From Thermodesulfobacteriota bacterium (GTDB lineage Bacteria; Desulfobacterota; Binatia; HRBIN30; CADEER01), in assembly GCA_041743795.1 (NCBI GenBank), contig JBGTMF010000512.1, positions 1 through 48,729 of the forward strand: a stretch of 48,729 nucleotides of DNA. The letters run 5' to 3'. Positions 20,501 through 30,030 of the stretch are shown one piece after another (within the stretch, counting starts at the first letter, position 1; each line of letters opens with the position of its first letter). The translations under genes were made by a program, and so were the position numbers. The notes beneath the pieces are model-generated. The model worked only from the letters and a program-made list of their open reading frames with translations. It did no database searches and had not been told where the DNA came from.

Positions 20501-21301
20501 ATGAACCGGCGTCGGATGAAATGTCCTACGCATCGCGCGGTCTTGCTCGCCGCGCTGCCCATCGTTCTCCTGTGGCACGCTGGCGCGGGTGCGGCGCGAG
20601 AGCCCAACGAGCCGATTGTTCTAGCGTGGGAAGAAGGGGACGTCGCCGGCATGACCAGTGTCCTGGCTGCGGACGGGCGCGAGGTCATCGGCTTCGTCGA
20701 GTATCACCAGCATCGTCGCGGGGATCTCCTCGAGACGATGCGCGTCACACGATTTCGCGATGGTTCCAGCGACGAGGATCACGCCGTGGCGCGCATCGTC
20801 GCAGGAACTCTCGAGGGCCAGCGCGGCCGATCGATCATCCGCGACGTGGACGGCGCTGAGATTCTCGATTGGTACATCGATGTCCCCGCGGGTCGCGTGC
20901 ACGGGTTCGTTCGCGCCGGCGACAAACGAAAGCACTTCGACGAGAGCGTCGATTTGCCGGCCGCCACGTACTGGGGAGCACTGATTTTCATCGTGCTGAA
21001 AAATTTCGATCTGAACGCCGTCGACGGGAAGCTGGTCTTCCACACCGTCGCGCCGACTCCCATGCCGCGCGCAATCGACCTCGAGTTGGTGCGCCAGGGG
21101 GAGACGTCGGTAACGCGGACGGGTGGCCGTCTCGAGGTCATTCGCTTCACGCTCCGCCCAGCCATCCATTGGTTGATCGATCCGATCATCCAGCGTATCG
21201 CGCCGAATACCGAGTTCTTCGTACGCCCGAGCGCCCCGCCGGCCTTGGCGCGATTCGTCGGCCCGCGCAACTACGGCGGCCAGAGGATGGTGATCGAATG
21301 A
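20501..21301 (+). CDS. exported hypothetical protein
   Basis: Signal peptide; stop overlaps next start (ATGA at 21298-21301). Confidence 0.7.
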   Translation: MNRRRMKCPTHRAVLLAALPIVLLWHAGAGAAREPNEPIVLAWEEGDVAGMTSVLAADGREVIGFVEYHQHRRGDLLETMRVTRFRDGSSDEDHAVARIVAGTLEGQRGRSIIRDVDGAEILDWYIDVPAGRVHGFVRAGDKRKHFDESVDLPAATYWGALIFIVLKNFDLNAVDGKLVFHTVAPTPMPRAIDLELVRQGETSVTRTGGRLEVIRFTLRPAIHWLIDPIIQRIAPNTEFFVRPSAPPALARFVGPRNYGGQRMVIE

Positions 21302-22212
21302 GCGTCGGCGCCGAGCGGTCGGACGCGGCGGTACGGCCGGATCGTCTCGCTAGCCTTCCGACTCCTCCAGTTGTCGTTCCCGCGGAAGGGGCGGCGCTCG
21401 CACCGCGACGACCGCGCCTGTTCCGTTTGCGCGCCGACATCCGCGAGCTGCTGGCGCGCGCGCGTGCGCTCGAGAGCACGGCGCCGGAGATATACGGATT
21501 CAATCTGGATACGGCTAGTTGGCTCTATCTGATCACCACCTCCTTCTACCGATGGTACTTTCGCACCGAGGTGTACGGCATCGAGCATCTGCCGCCAGGC
21601 CCCGTCATGTTGGTCGCCAATCACGGCTCGCATGTCCTGTCCTGGGACGGAGCCAACATCCTCTCGGCCTGCCTTCTCGAGGCGGATCCGCCGCGACTCG
21701 TACATGGCATGGGCGGCCATCGATTGATGGAGCTACCCGTTCTCGGCAGCGTGGCGCGCCGTATCGGCGCCGTCGACGGGGGGCGCCCCGCCTGCACACG
21801 TATCCTCGAAGACGGCGGCGTGGTTCTCACGTTTCCCGAGGGCATCAAGGCGCTCGCTCGACCGTTTCGTGAACGCTACCAGCTGTTGCCGTTCGGGTCG
21901 GGCTTCGTCCACGTCGCGATAGCGACGGGAGTTCCGATCGTACCGGTCGCGGTGGTCGGCGCGGAAGAGGAAGCGCCGATGCTCGCCAATCCCGAGTGGA
22001 TCCAGCGTCTGACGCGGACGCCCGTCGCACCAATCACGCCGACGCTCGTGGTACCACTGCCTGTCCGGTACCGGTTGCACTTTGGCGCACCGATGCACGC
22101 GCGCGGGCCTGCGACTCCCGAACGGGTCGCCGAGGGCGTCGCGGAAGTCCGTGATGCTTTGATGGCCCTGCTCGCACGAGGTTTGCGAACGCGACGCAGC
22201 GTGTTCTTTTGA
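21298..22212 (+). CDS. lysophospholipid/glycerol acyltransferase family
   Basis: VANHGSHVLSWD, FPEG, PIVPVAVVGAEE motifs. Confidence 0.88.
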   Translation: MSVGAERSDAAVRPDRLASLPTPPVVVPAEGAALAPRRPRLFRLRADIRELLARARALESTAPEIYGFNLDTASWLYLITTSFYRWYFRTEVYGIEHLPPGPVMLVANHGSHVLSWDGANILSACLLEADPPRLVHGMGGHRLMELPVLGSVARRIGAVDGGRPACTRILEDGGVVLTFPEGIKALARPFRERYQLLPFGSGFVHVAIATGVPIVPVAVVGAEEEAPMLANPEWIQRLTRTPVAPITPTLVVPLPVRYRLHFGAPMHARGPATPERVAEGVAEVRDALMALLARGLRTRRSVFF

Positions 22213-22433
22213 CGAGGTCCGTTCAGCTCTTCGAAGCGACGTGTCCCGATCCATGGGTCAAAACCTGTTGCACCGACGCAGTAGTTGGAATCCCGACCCG
22301 CGGAATTACCCGCGTAGTAGTCCGAGCTTACGCCTTCGTGACCGTACCGGTACGATGTTCACGAACGAAGATCACTCACGCTGGCCGACGTCGACGTTGC
22401 TGGGAAATACCGTCGAAGCGATAGGAGTATTTC

Positions 22434-23606
22434 ATGCGCGCGCTTTGTTGGCACGGAACCGGTGACGTAAGAGTGGACAACGTACCCGACCCGAAGATCG
22501 AGCATCCTCGCGATGCGATCATTCGGGTGACCTCAACCGCGATCTGCGGCTCGGATCTCCACCTGTTCAACGGCTTCATGCCCACGATGGAGAATGGCGA
22601 CATTCTGGGACACGAGACGATGGGAATCGTCGTCGAACTGGGATCGGCGGTGAACAATCTGAAGGTGGGGGATCGGGTTGTCGTGCCGTTCAATCTGGCG
22701 TGCGGCGACTGCTTCTTCTGCAAGCGGACGGAATTTTCCCTCTGCGACGAATCGAACCGGAATGCAGAGATCGCCCGGAAGGCAATGGGACAATCGCCTT
22801 CCGGTTTGCTGGGGTTCTCGCACATGCTCGGCGGATATGCGGGTGGGCAGGCGGAGTTGCTTCGCGTGCCGTTCGCGGATGTCGGGCCGTTGAAGGTGGA
22901 ACTGAATCTGCCGGACGAGAAGGTGCTGTTCCTCTCCGACATTTTTCCCACTGGATACATGGCGGCGGAAAACTGTCAGATGGAGCCGGGCGACACGGTC
23001 GCCATCTGGGGTTGCGGCCCGGTCGCGCAGTTCGCGATCCAAAGCGCCTGGATGCTCGGCGCCGGGCGCGTGATTGCAATCGACCGCGTCGCCGAGCGTC
23101 TGGAAATGGCGAGGCATTTCGGCCGGGCGGAGACTATCAACTTTGAAACTGAAGACGTCTACGACCGACTGATGGACATGACCAAGGACCGCGGACCGGA
23201 TCGCTGCATCGATGCCGTCGGCGCCGAGGCCCACGGATCAGGCGGACTGGACGCCATCCTCGACAAAGCCAAGGCCGCCGTGATGCTCACCACGGATCGC
23301 GCGCACGCTCTACGCCAGGCCATCATGTGTTGTCGCAAAGGCGGTACCCTGTCCGTGCCCGGTGTCTACATCGGTTTTCCGGACAAGATCCCGTTCGGCG
23401 CGCTGATGAACAAGGGGTTGACCGTCCGCACCGGCCAAACCCACACCCATCGCTACACCCGACCGCTGCTGGAGAAGATCACCAAGGGCGAGATAGATCC
23501 GTCGTTCGTCATCACCCACCGCGCGCCGCTGAGCGAAGCACCGGAGTTGTACAAGGCCTTCCGCGACAAGAAGGACGGCTGCATCAAGGTCGTACTGAAT
23601 CCGTAA
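22434..23606 (+). CDS. zinc-dependent alcohol dehydrogenase (formaldehyde dehydrogenase-like, YbdR type)
   Basis: ICGSDLH, GHE, CGDCFFC...[22 protein letters not shown]. Confidence 0.92.
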   Translation: MRALCWHGTGDVRVDNVPDPKIEHPRDAIIRVTSTAICGSDLHLFNGFMPTMENGDILGHETMGIVVELGSAVNNLKVGDRVVVPFNLACGDCFFCKRTEFSLCDESNRNAEIARKAMGQSPSGLLGFSHMLGGYAGGQAELLRVPFADVGPLKVELNLPDEKVLFLSDIFPTGYMAAENCQMEPGDTVAIWGCGPVAQFAIQSAWMLGAGRVIAIDRVAERLEMARHFGRAETINFETEDVYDRLMDMTKDRGPDRCIDAVGAEAHGSGGLDAILDKAKAAVMLTTDRAHALRQAIMCCRKGGTLSVPGVYIGFPDKIPFGALMNKGLTVRTGQTHTHRYTRPLLEKITKGEIDPSFVITHRAPLSEAPELYKAFRDKKDGCIKVVLNP

Positions 23607-23696
23607 GCAGTCCTATGGGCTGCTATGCAGGCTCGAAATCATCAACGGCTGACCTCGCGTCACGCCATGAAGTCTAACATCTGACCGAGGATCATC

Positions 23697-25229
23697 ATGA
23701 AATCTTCAAATGGATACACCCAGTCGATATGGATGGGGTCGACCCAGCCACCCGAGTACGGCACCGCGAGCGACGGCATCCACGCCGAGGTGATCGTCGT
23801 CGGCGCGGGTATCGCGGGCCTGACCACTGCCTACCTCTTAGCGGCGGAGGGTCGAGATGTAGTCGTCCTAGACGAACGGCACATCGGGTCAGGGCAAACC
23901 CATCGCACGAGCGCGCATCTCGCGTCCATTATCGACGACCGGTTCTCGCTGCTGGAAAGCCGACACAGCGTCGAAACCTCACGCCTCGCGCACGCCTCTC
24001 ACGCGGCGGCGATCGATCGGATCGAGCAGATCGTGCGCACGGAAAACATTGACTGCGCCTTCGAACGCGTCGAGGCCTACTTGTTCGCAGGACCGGCCGG
24101 CGATCCGCAGGTGCTGGAGGATGAGTTCGACGCGTCGCAGCGCGCCGGAGCGAAGGTGGACCGCGTCGACGCCGTTCCGTCGGTCATGGAAACGTTTGCA
24201 GGACTCCGATTCGGAAATCAGGCGATCTTCGACCCCATTCGCTACCTGTACGCCCTTGCGGACGCCGCGACGCGGCACGGCGTCCGCATCTTCACCGGCA
24301 GGCGGGTCGGCGATGTGCAGGGTGCGGATCCCCAGCATGGCACGCCCGCGCGCGTCACGTTCCACGACGACGAAGAGGCGATGACCGCTTCACACGTCGT
24401 CGTGGCGACGAACGTGCCCACGCCGATCAACGACTGGACAGGCATCTACCTGAAGCAGGCGGCTTACCGCACTTACATGATCGGACTGGTGATCGAGCCC
24501 GGCAGCGTCCAAAACGCGTTGTACTGGGACACGGCCGATCCCTATCACTACGTGCGGGTGCATCACCAAGAAGACCACGACGTACTGCTGGTGGGCGGCG
24601 AAGATCACAAGACGGGCCAGACCGGTTCGACGCCTGAACGCTTTGACCACCTCACCAGCTGGGCCCGGAGTGTGTTTCCGAGTCTTGGCAAGGAGGTGGC
24701 CCGCTGGTCCGGGCAGGTGGTCGAAACCGGCGACGGCCTCGGATATATCGGCCGAGCCCCGACCAAGGGAGAGAATGTCTACTGCATCACGGGTGACAGT
24801 GGCATGGGCCTGACGCACGGTACGCTCGGCGCTGTTCTGATCGCGGATCTGATCGCCGGGCGGGAGAACGCGTGGGAATCGATCTACGACCCGTCGCGCA
24901 AGCTGCTGAATCGTGACGTTGTTTCAGAGGTGATGAACTCGAGCGCGCAGTATACCGACTACCTCACCCCGGGCCAGATCGCAGATGAGTCGGAGCTTCG
25001 ACCCGGGGAGGGCGCGTTGATGCGGAAGGGCGTGACGAAGCTCGCGGTCTACCGCGACGACAACGGACAGATCCACAAGATGTCGGCGGTATGCCCGCAC
25101 CTGATGGGCATCGTTCAATGGAACGGGATCGAGCGATCCTGGGATTGCCCGTGTCATGGCAGTCGGTTCGACTGTGAGGGAAAGCTGCTGGTGGGTCCCT
25201 CGGTCGAAGATCTCAGCCAAGCCGAGTAA
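23697..25229 (+). CDS. FAD-dependent oxidoreductase with C-terminal Rieske domain (YhfW-like)
   Basis: VVGAGIAG FAD motif; CPHL...WDCPCHGSRF Rieske ligands. Confidence 0.92.
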   Translation: MKSSNGYTQSIWMGSTQPPEYGTASDGIHAEVIVVGAGIAGLTTAYLLAAEGRDVVVLDERHIGSGQTHRTSAHLASIIDDRFSLLESRHSVETSRLAHASHAAAIDRIEQIVRTENIDCAFERVEAYLFAGPAGDPQVLEDEFDASQRAGAKVDRVDAVPSVMETFAGLRFGNQAIFDPIRYLYALADAATRHGVRIFTGRRVGDVQGADPQHGTPARVTFHDDEEAMTASHVVVATNVPTPINDWTGIYLKQAAYRTYMIGLVIEPGSVQNALYWDTADPYHYVRVHHQEDHDVLLVGGEDHKTGQTGSTPERFDHLTSWARSVFPSLGKEVARWSGQVVETGDGLGYIGRAPTKGENVYCITGDSGMGLTHGTLGAVLIADLIAGRENAWESIYDPSRKLLNRDVVSEVMNSSAQYTDYLTPGQIADESELRPGEGALMRKGVTKLAVYRDDNGQIHKMSAVCPHLMGIVQWNGIERSWDCPCHGSRFDCEGKLLVGPSVEDLSQAE

Positions 25230-25337
25230 TCGGGCGCGGTGTGCTGTACCGAGCGCGCGTTCAATGCTCGCAAGGGGCGGCGCGGTGTGTAGTTGCGCTG
25301 GTGACACCAACGTTGTGTCAACGTTGTGTGAAGCGAA

Positions 25338-25898
25338 TCAGCGCGCCCAGAGGGCCGCAACATCGAACTCGATGGCATCGAAGGGGCGCAGGCGAGCTGG
25401 CGTGTCGCCACTGACTCGCTGGACGATCCGGTAGGTCTCGCCGTCGAGCTCGAGCACCTCGAGGAATCGATCCAGGGGCTCGATGATCCAAACGTGTGCC
25501 ACTTGCTCGCGCTGGTAGACCTCGAGTTTCCTGCCACGATCTAGCGCCCGCGTCGACGGAGACGCCACCTCACAGACCCAATCGGGTCGCACGACGAGAT
25601 ACGCGTCTTCGGGTAGGATCGGTAGCGTCGAGCGCCGCCAGCCCCCCAGGTCCGGCACCACGATATCCGCAAGCAGATGAATCTCCGGCTCGTGAAGAAT
25701 GATCCACCCGCCCGGACCTCCCTTGCCGCGCTTGAACGGGGGACCCAGCTCTTCACCCACCACGGCGGCCGCGGCCGCATGCGGCAGCGCGGGACGGGGG
25801 CTCTGATAGAGGACACTATCGACGATTTCCGCGACGACATGCGGCGGGCTCGACAGGACATCACCGTACGTGGCGGCCTTGCGTGCGGCTTCGGTCAT
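25338..25898 (-). CDS. Uma2-family endonuclease
   Basis: AEIVD, PRP...H, EPEIHL, VPDLGGWR, PDWVCEVASPST...DR..KL..Y. Confidence 0.9.
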   Translation of the reverse strand: MTEAARKAATYGDVLSSPPHVVAEIVDSVLYQSPRPALPHAAAAAVVGEELGPPFKRGKGGPGGWIILHEPEIHLLADIVVPDLGGWRRSTLPILPEDAYLVVRPDWVCEVASPSTRALDRGRKLEVYQREQVAHVWIIEPLDRFLEVLELDGETYRIVQRVSGDTPARLRPFDAIEFDVAALWAR

Positions 25899-26442
25899 GC
25901 CAGCGCAAGATAGCACGATCCGGTGGGCAGGAGGATACCGAATCATCGGAAGCGGGATGACGCAACTGCCCCACGTGTTCGCCGCGTGTCCCGATCCTCG
26001 CCTCTGCCGGCCAGATCGCCAGCCCCGAACTCTATCCCCATAGAACTGCCCCCGTTTGGGGGTACGCGGTTCAGTTCAGTCCGGGTTATCAGATCCGCTA
26101 TCCGGCCGCCGCTGCTTCTGCGCTACGCACAAGCATTCGTTCGGCAGGAAAACGGATCAAACGCTGGGGACTGTCCGCGATTCTCAAAACCGGGAAGGCC
26201 GTCGGCTCGAAGATGTGCGCGATAAAACTCTCCGACTGGAAATTTCTTCCGGGTCGCATCTTGTTTCGCCATTGCGCAAAACTCCGCGACGAACTTTTGA
26301 ATTCGGATGGATCCGCAGTGATTCGTGTTGCTGTCATGAGCGAGACATCAAACGTTCTTTGTGCATCAGACAATGTTGCCGGTCGACATGGTGCAGTAGT
26401 GAAGTTCAAACACCGAGTTTTGCGGTCGATTTAGTTGGTGCG

Positions 26443-28869
26443 ATGGAGGGAGTCATAAAAAGTTGGACGAGATTGCTGACCGCGTTCGTATGCGCCGTTG
26501 CGCTCGCCACGGCCGGATGTGGCAGCGATGACGACTCGGTTCCGGACGAAACTCCGGCGCCGGATCCGACGGCGACACCGGCGCCCGGGGCCGGCATACC
26601 GTCCGGTACGCTCACTGGTGCCATCACCGGCGTCGAGATCGACTCGAGCGACGGGGCGGTCGTCACCGTGATGTTCGAGATCTACGACCGCGCCGGGTTG
26701 CCGGTGTCGGGATTGTCCGCCTTTGAGGTCACGATCGCGAAGCTGCTCGAGAGCGGCGAATATCCCCGCTGGCAGAGCTACATCAATCGCTCGCGGCTGG
26801 AGGAGGGCGGTGCCAACGTATTGCGCGCGGTTGGCGAGCGGCCGACTGCGGCAACCACGAACAAAGTGGAAGAGGTCGGAACCGGCCTCTATCAGTACAC
26901 GATCGGTACCGACATCACTGCTGCCGCCGACTTCGTATACTATGGCAGCGGCAATGAACGCGTTCCGGGCAGCGAGTTCGGAATCGGCAACAACGGCGTG
27001 TTGGATTCGCCGGCGGCGCTCCAGATTCTGCCGACGCTCGACCTCGAATACGATCCAACCGCCCTGCACCGCATTTCTATAGCTGGCCGCAACAGCGGCT
27101 CGCGCTTCAACGCCACCATCGACTTCGTGCCGGTCGACCTACCGGCGCTGAACGCTGCCCATGCGAACATGGTCGTGACCAACGAGTCGTGCGGATCATG
27201 TCATGGGGACTCGGCCGACCGTTCCCAGCTGAGCTTTCCGAACGTCCATGGCAACACCCGTTACACCACGGAGCTCTGCGTCACCTGTCACAACGAGGGA
27301 ACGTACAGCTCGATAGAATCCACCGACACTACCTGGGCGGCGATCTCTTTCGTGGAGATGATCCATCGCCTGCACGGGGACAGCGGCGATTATGCGGTTG
27401 CCGGTCGCGATTACGCACACGTGCACTACCCGCAACCGATCGACAACTGCCTCACCTGCCACGACAACAACCGCATGCCGAAACCGGACGGCCGCAGTTC
27501 CGAGGACGCCGTCGCGTACCAGACGCGGCCGAGTTCGCAGGCCTGCGGCACCTGCCACGAAGTCAATTTTTCCGTAGGTGGATTCAATCACTTCTTCGCC
27601 GACCAGCAGCCTGCGGCTTGTCTCAACTGCCACGGTCCCGGCGGGGTGGCGAGCTTGGACAATTTCCACATCAGCGATTCTTCGACGCCGAACAACCCGC
27701 AACAGCCGGATGGCCTTGTGCAGTTCGCGTACGAAATCGCCTCCGTGACCTTGGACGAGAGCGATCGACCGGTCGTCACGTTCCGACTTTTGGCGAACGG
27801 TGAGTCAATCGACCTGCAAGCTCCCCCCGCCGATATCAGCCTCGGCAACATGCGCTTCATCGCCGCTTGGAGCGTTCCGCAACCGGGGGGGTTCGGCCGA
27901 GTCGGTCCGGCGAACGCCGCACCGGACGACTTCAACAACCTGGTCGACACACTGCCGGTGATACCCGGCAGCGGCCGCCTGTGGTGGGAACTCGACCTCG
28001 GCCTCGATGTTCGCTCGTGGGACCAACCGCAGGCCCTCGGCGACATCTCCAACATCGTTGACACGCTTATGCCGGCGGGCGACGGCTATTTCACCACGGC
28101 TCCGGGCATCGTCGACCCGCCGTTCGCATTTCCGCCCGATGCCATCCTGATGGCCATCGGCATCGAAGGCCGCCCGCAGTCGCAGGAGGTGAGCATCGAC
28201 ACCGCTTCTCTCATCTCCTACGTCGGCGCCCCCCGCCGCGCCGTGGTCGCCGAAGAGAAGTGTCTCGCCTGCCATGAGACACTGCAGTTCCACGGCGGTT
28301 CGCGCATCAACAACCCCAACCTGTGTGTCGCTTGCCACAACCCGCAGGTGTCGAGCAGCAACCTGTTTTCGGGCGTCATTCCGGAGGGCCTGAACGGCGC
28401 GGGGGCGTATATCGACGGCCAGAAATCGATGAACCTCAAGGATCTGGTACACGGACTGCATGCCGGCAAACCAGTCGGGGGCGATCCCATACGCGAATTG
28501 CCGTTCTCGTTCATCCGCGGCACGGTCCAGGGAGGTCAGGGCCAGGGGCCGTATGACTTCAGTGATATCGGTTTTCCGGCTGCACTGGCGGATTGCCAGA
28601 CTTGTCACCTGCCGGGCACCTACAGCCTGCCGGTCGCGGCTGAGGCCCTCTGGTCGGTGGTGGACGGGTTCCCGGGAGCGACGTCGACCGCGCCGCACGA
28701 ACCGGTGATGGCAGATCGCATCGGCCCGACCAGCGCGGCTTGCTACGGCTGTCATGATACGGCAGCCGCCAGGGCTCACTTCGAAGTGAACACCTCGTAC
28801 GAGGGCGGAGTGGAGGCCTGCTCGGTCTGCCACGGTGCGGGACAGGCCGTTCCCGGACACGAGCACTGA
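26443..28869 (+). CDS. OmcA/MtrC-family decaheme c-type cytochrome lipoprotein
   Basis: Lipobox TAGC; ten CxxCH in two groups of five (CGSCH, CVTCH, CLTCH, CGTCH, CLNCH; CLACH, CVACH, CQTCH, CYGCH, CSVCH) separated by a heme-free domain; WQSYIN and PRRAVV motifs. Confidence 0.9.
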   Translation: MEGVIKSWTRLLTAFVCAVALATAGCGSDDDSVPDETPAPDPTATPAPGAGIPSGTLTGAITGVEIDSSDGAVVTVMFEIYDRAGLPVSGLSAFEVTIAKLLESGEYPRWQSYINRSRLEEGGANVLRAVGERPTAATTNKVEEVGTGLYQYTIGTDITAAADFVYYGSGNERVPGSEFGIGNNGVLDSPAALQILPTLDLEYDPTALHRISIAGRNSGSRFNATIDFVPVDLPALNAAHANMVVTNESCGSCHGDSADRSQLSFPNVHGNTRYTTELCVTCHNEGTYSSIESTDTTWAAISFVEMIHRLHGDSGDYAVAGRDYAHVHYPQPIDNCLTCHDNNRMPKPDGRSSEDAVAYQTRPSSQACGTCHEVNFSVGGFNHFFADQQPAACLNCHGPGGVASLDNFHISDSSTPNNPQQPDGLVQFAYEIASVTLDESDRPVVTFRLLANGESIDLQAPPADISLGNMRFIAAWSVPQPGGFGRVGPANAAPDDFNNLVDTLPVIPGSGRLWWELDLGLDVRSWDQPQALGDISNIVDTLMPAGDGYFTTAPGIVDPPFAFPPDAILMAIGIEGRPQSQEVSIDTASLISYVGAPRRAVVAEEKCLACHETLQFHGGSRINNPNLCVACHNPQVSSSNLFSGVIPEGLNGAGAYIDGQKSMNLKDLVHGLHAGKPVGGDPIRELPFSFIRGTVQGGQGQGPYDFSDIGFPAALADCQTCHLPGTYSLPVAAEALWSVVDGFPGATSTAPHEPVMADRIGPTSAACYGCHDTAAARAHFEVNTSYEGGVEACSVCHGAGQAVPGHEH

Positions 28870-28900
28870 CCGCTCAAAACACGGAAACAAAGGGCCATCG

Positions 28901-28926
28901 GGCCGGGGGAGGTGACTCCCCCGGCC
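28901..28926. terminator. GC-rich hairpin between convergent genes, possible terminator
   Basis: GGCCGGGGGAG-GTGA-CTCCCCCGGCC 11-bp stem; no clear U-tract. Confidence 0.5.
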
Positions 28927-29052
28927 GCCTGTTCACCGTGAAATCGTCATGGTCGACGGGCGCTGCCCTCTACGCTTGGGCCTTGCTGCCGAATCAGGCG
29001 CATAATTCTCCTGCGCACGACGTCGAACCTCTCGTCTGGCACCACTTTCTCG

Positions 29053-30030
29053 TCAGAATGCCAGCCGTAGACCGAGGAGAAAGTATAAAGACTCCGTGTC
29101 CTCGCCGTTGCGCGTCGCGATGTGCCGGGTCTCTCCCGTCAGGAATCGGTAACGGACGCCGACGTAGGGAGCGATCTTCCGACTGAACTCGTAGCGGAGC
29201 CGCAGATCGAGGTTGGCATTGGGCATTCCGGCGCCGAAGTCTCGCTCCTCGATGTCCTGAGCGGCGAACGTCAACTCCGCGCGCGGTTGGAGGACGGCTC
29301 GCTGGGTCAAGCGGATGTTGTATTCACCCTCGATCTCCAAGGTGACGTCGGCTCGCTCGGAAATGTAGAGGGATGAGTCGATCTCGATCATCCCTGGTGA
29401 CAGTCCTTGCAGAGCGAGAACGCCCGACCAGCGGTCCTTGTAATTGCTCGATTCCCACGAATTGGCGTACTGAGCGCCGATCTGAGCGTTCCAGAATGAT
29501 GTGATCAGTCGCGAATACAGCAGATCGTTCTCGGTCTCGCCCTCGTCCGTGCCGTCGAACTCGCCTTCTCCCTCGGTCTTCCACCAGAATCGGTCAAAGT
29601 CGTAACCGATCCAGCCTTGCGCCTCCCACCCGATCTGATCCCTGCCCGCTTCGCGCAGCCGGTACTCGAGCTGCTCGAAAACCGCGAACGCCCACAGTTG
29701 GTCGTCGGGTACCAGATCGGGGAAGCTTTGCGGCGGCGCTTGCGCGGCCCGCTCGAGCACGTCATCGAGCGACATCCCCTCGGGCAGCGGCGGCGTCTCA
29801 GGAAGGTGCTGCGGAGCCTGCTCGTGCCGGTGCCCGGATTCGACGTGAGCGGGGCGATCGGCGGTCGACGGCAGGGTCTCCTTGCGCTGGGCAATGATCG
29901 GCGTCGCCGAGAGGATCAACGAGAGCGTAAACGCAATCAGTCTTGCAGCGCGTCGAAAGAATATGTCGTACTTCCGCGCTTCCTCGGCACGATCGGTTCT
30001 GTCCAGGTTCGGTTCGCTACGCGTCTGCAT
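29053..30030 (-). CDS. copB: copper resistance outer-membrane protein B
   Basis: EQLEYR, WIGYD.DRFWWKTEG, LTQR.VLQPRAE, LRLRYEF.R..APYVGV; C-terminal F; overlaps copA stop. Confidence 0.9.
   Translation of the reverse strand: MQTRSEPNLDRTDRAEEARKYDIFFRRAARLIAFTLSLILSATPIIAQRKETLPSTADRPAHVESGHRHEQAPQHLPETPPLPEGMSLDDVLERAAQAPPQSFPDLVPDDQLWAFAVFEQLEYRLREAGRDQIGWEAQGWIGYDFDRFWWKTEGEGEFDGTDEGETENDLLYSRLITSFWNAQIGAQYANSWESSNYKDRWSGVLALQGLSPGMIEIDSSLYISERADVTLEIEGEYNIRLTQRAVLQPRAELTFAAQDIEERDFGAGMPNANLDLRLRYEFSRKIAPYVGVRYRFLTGETRHIATRNGEDTESLYFLLGLRLAF

Noticed and set aside
25302-25329. CAACGTTGTGT tandem duplication with imperfect TGACAC...GTGTCA palindrome
   Set aside because: Only two short units between convergent genes; no supporting context.
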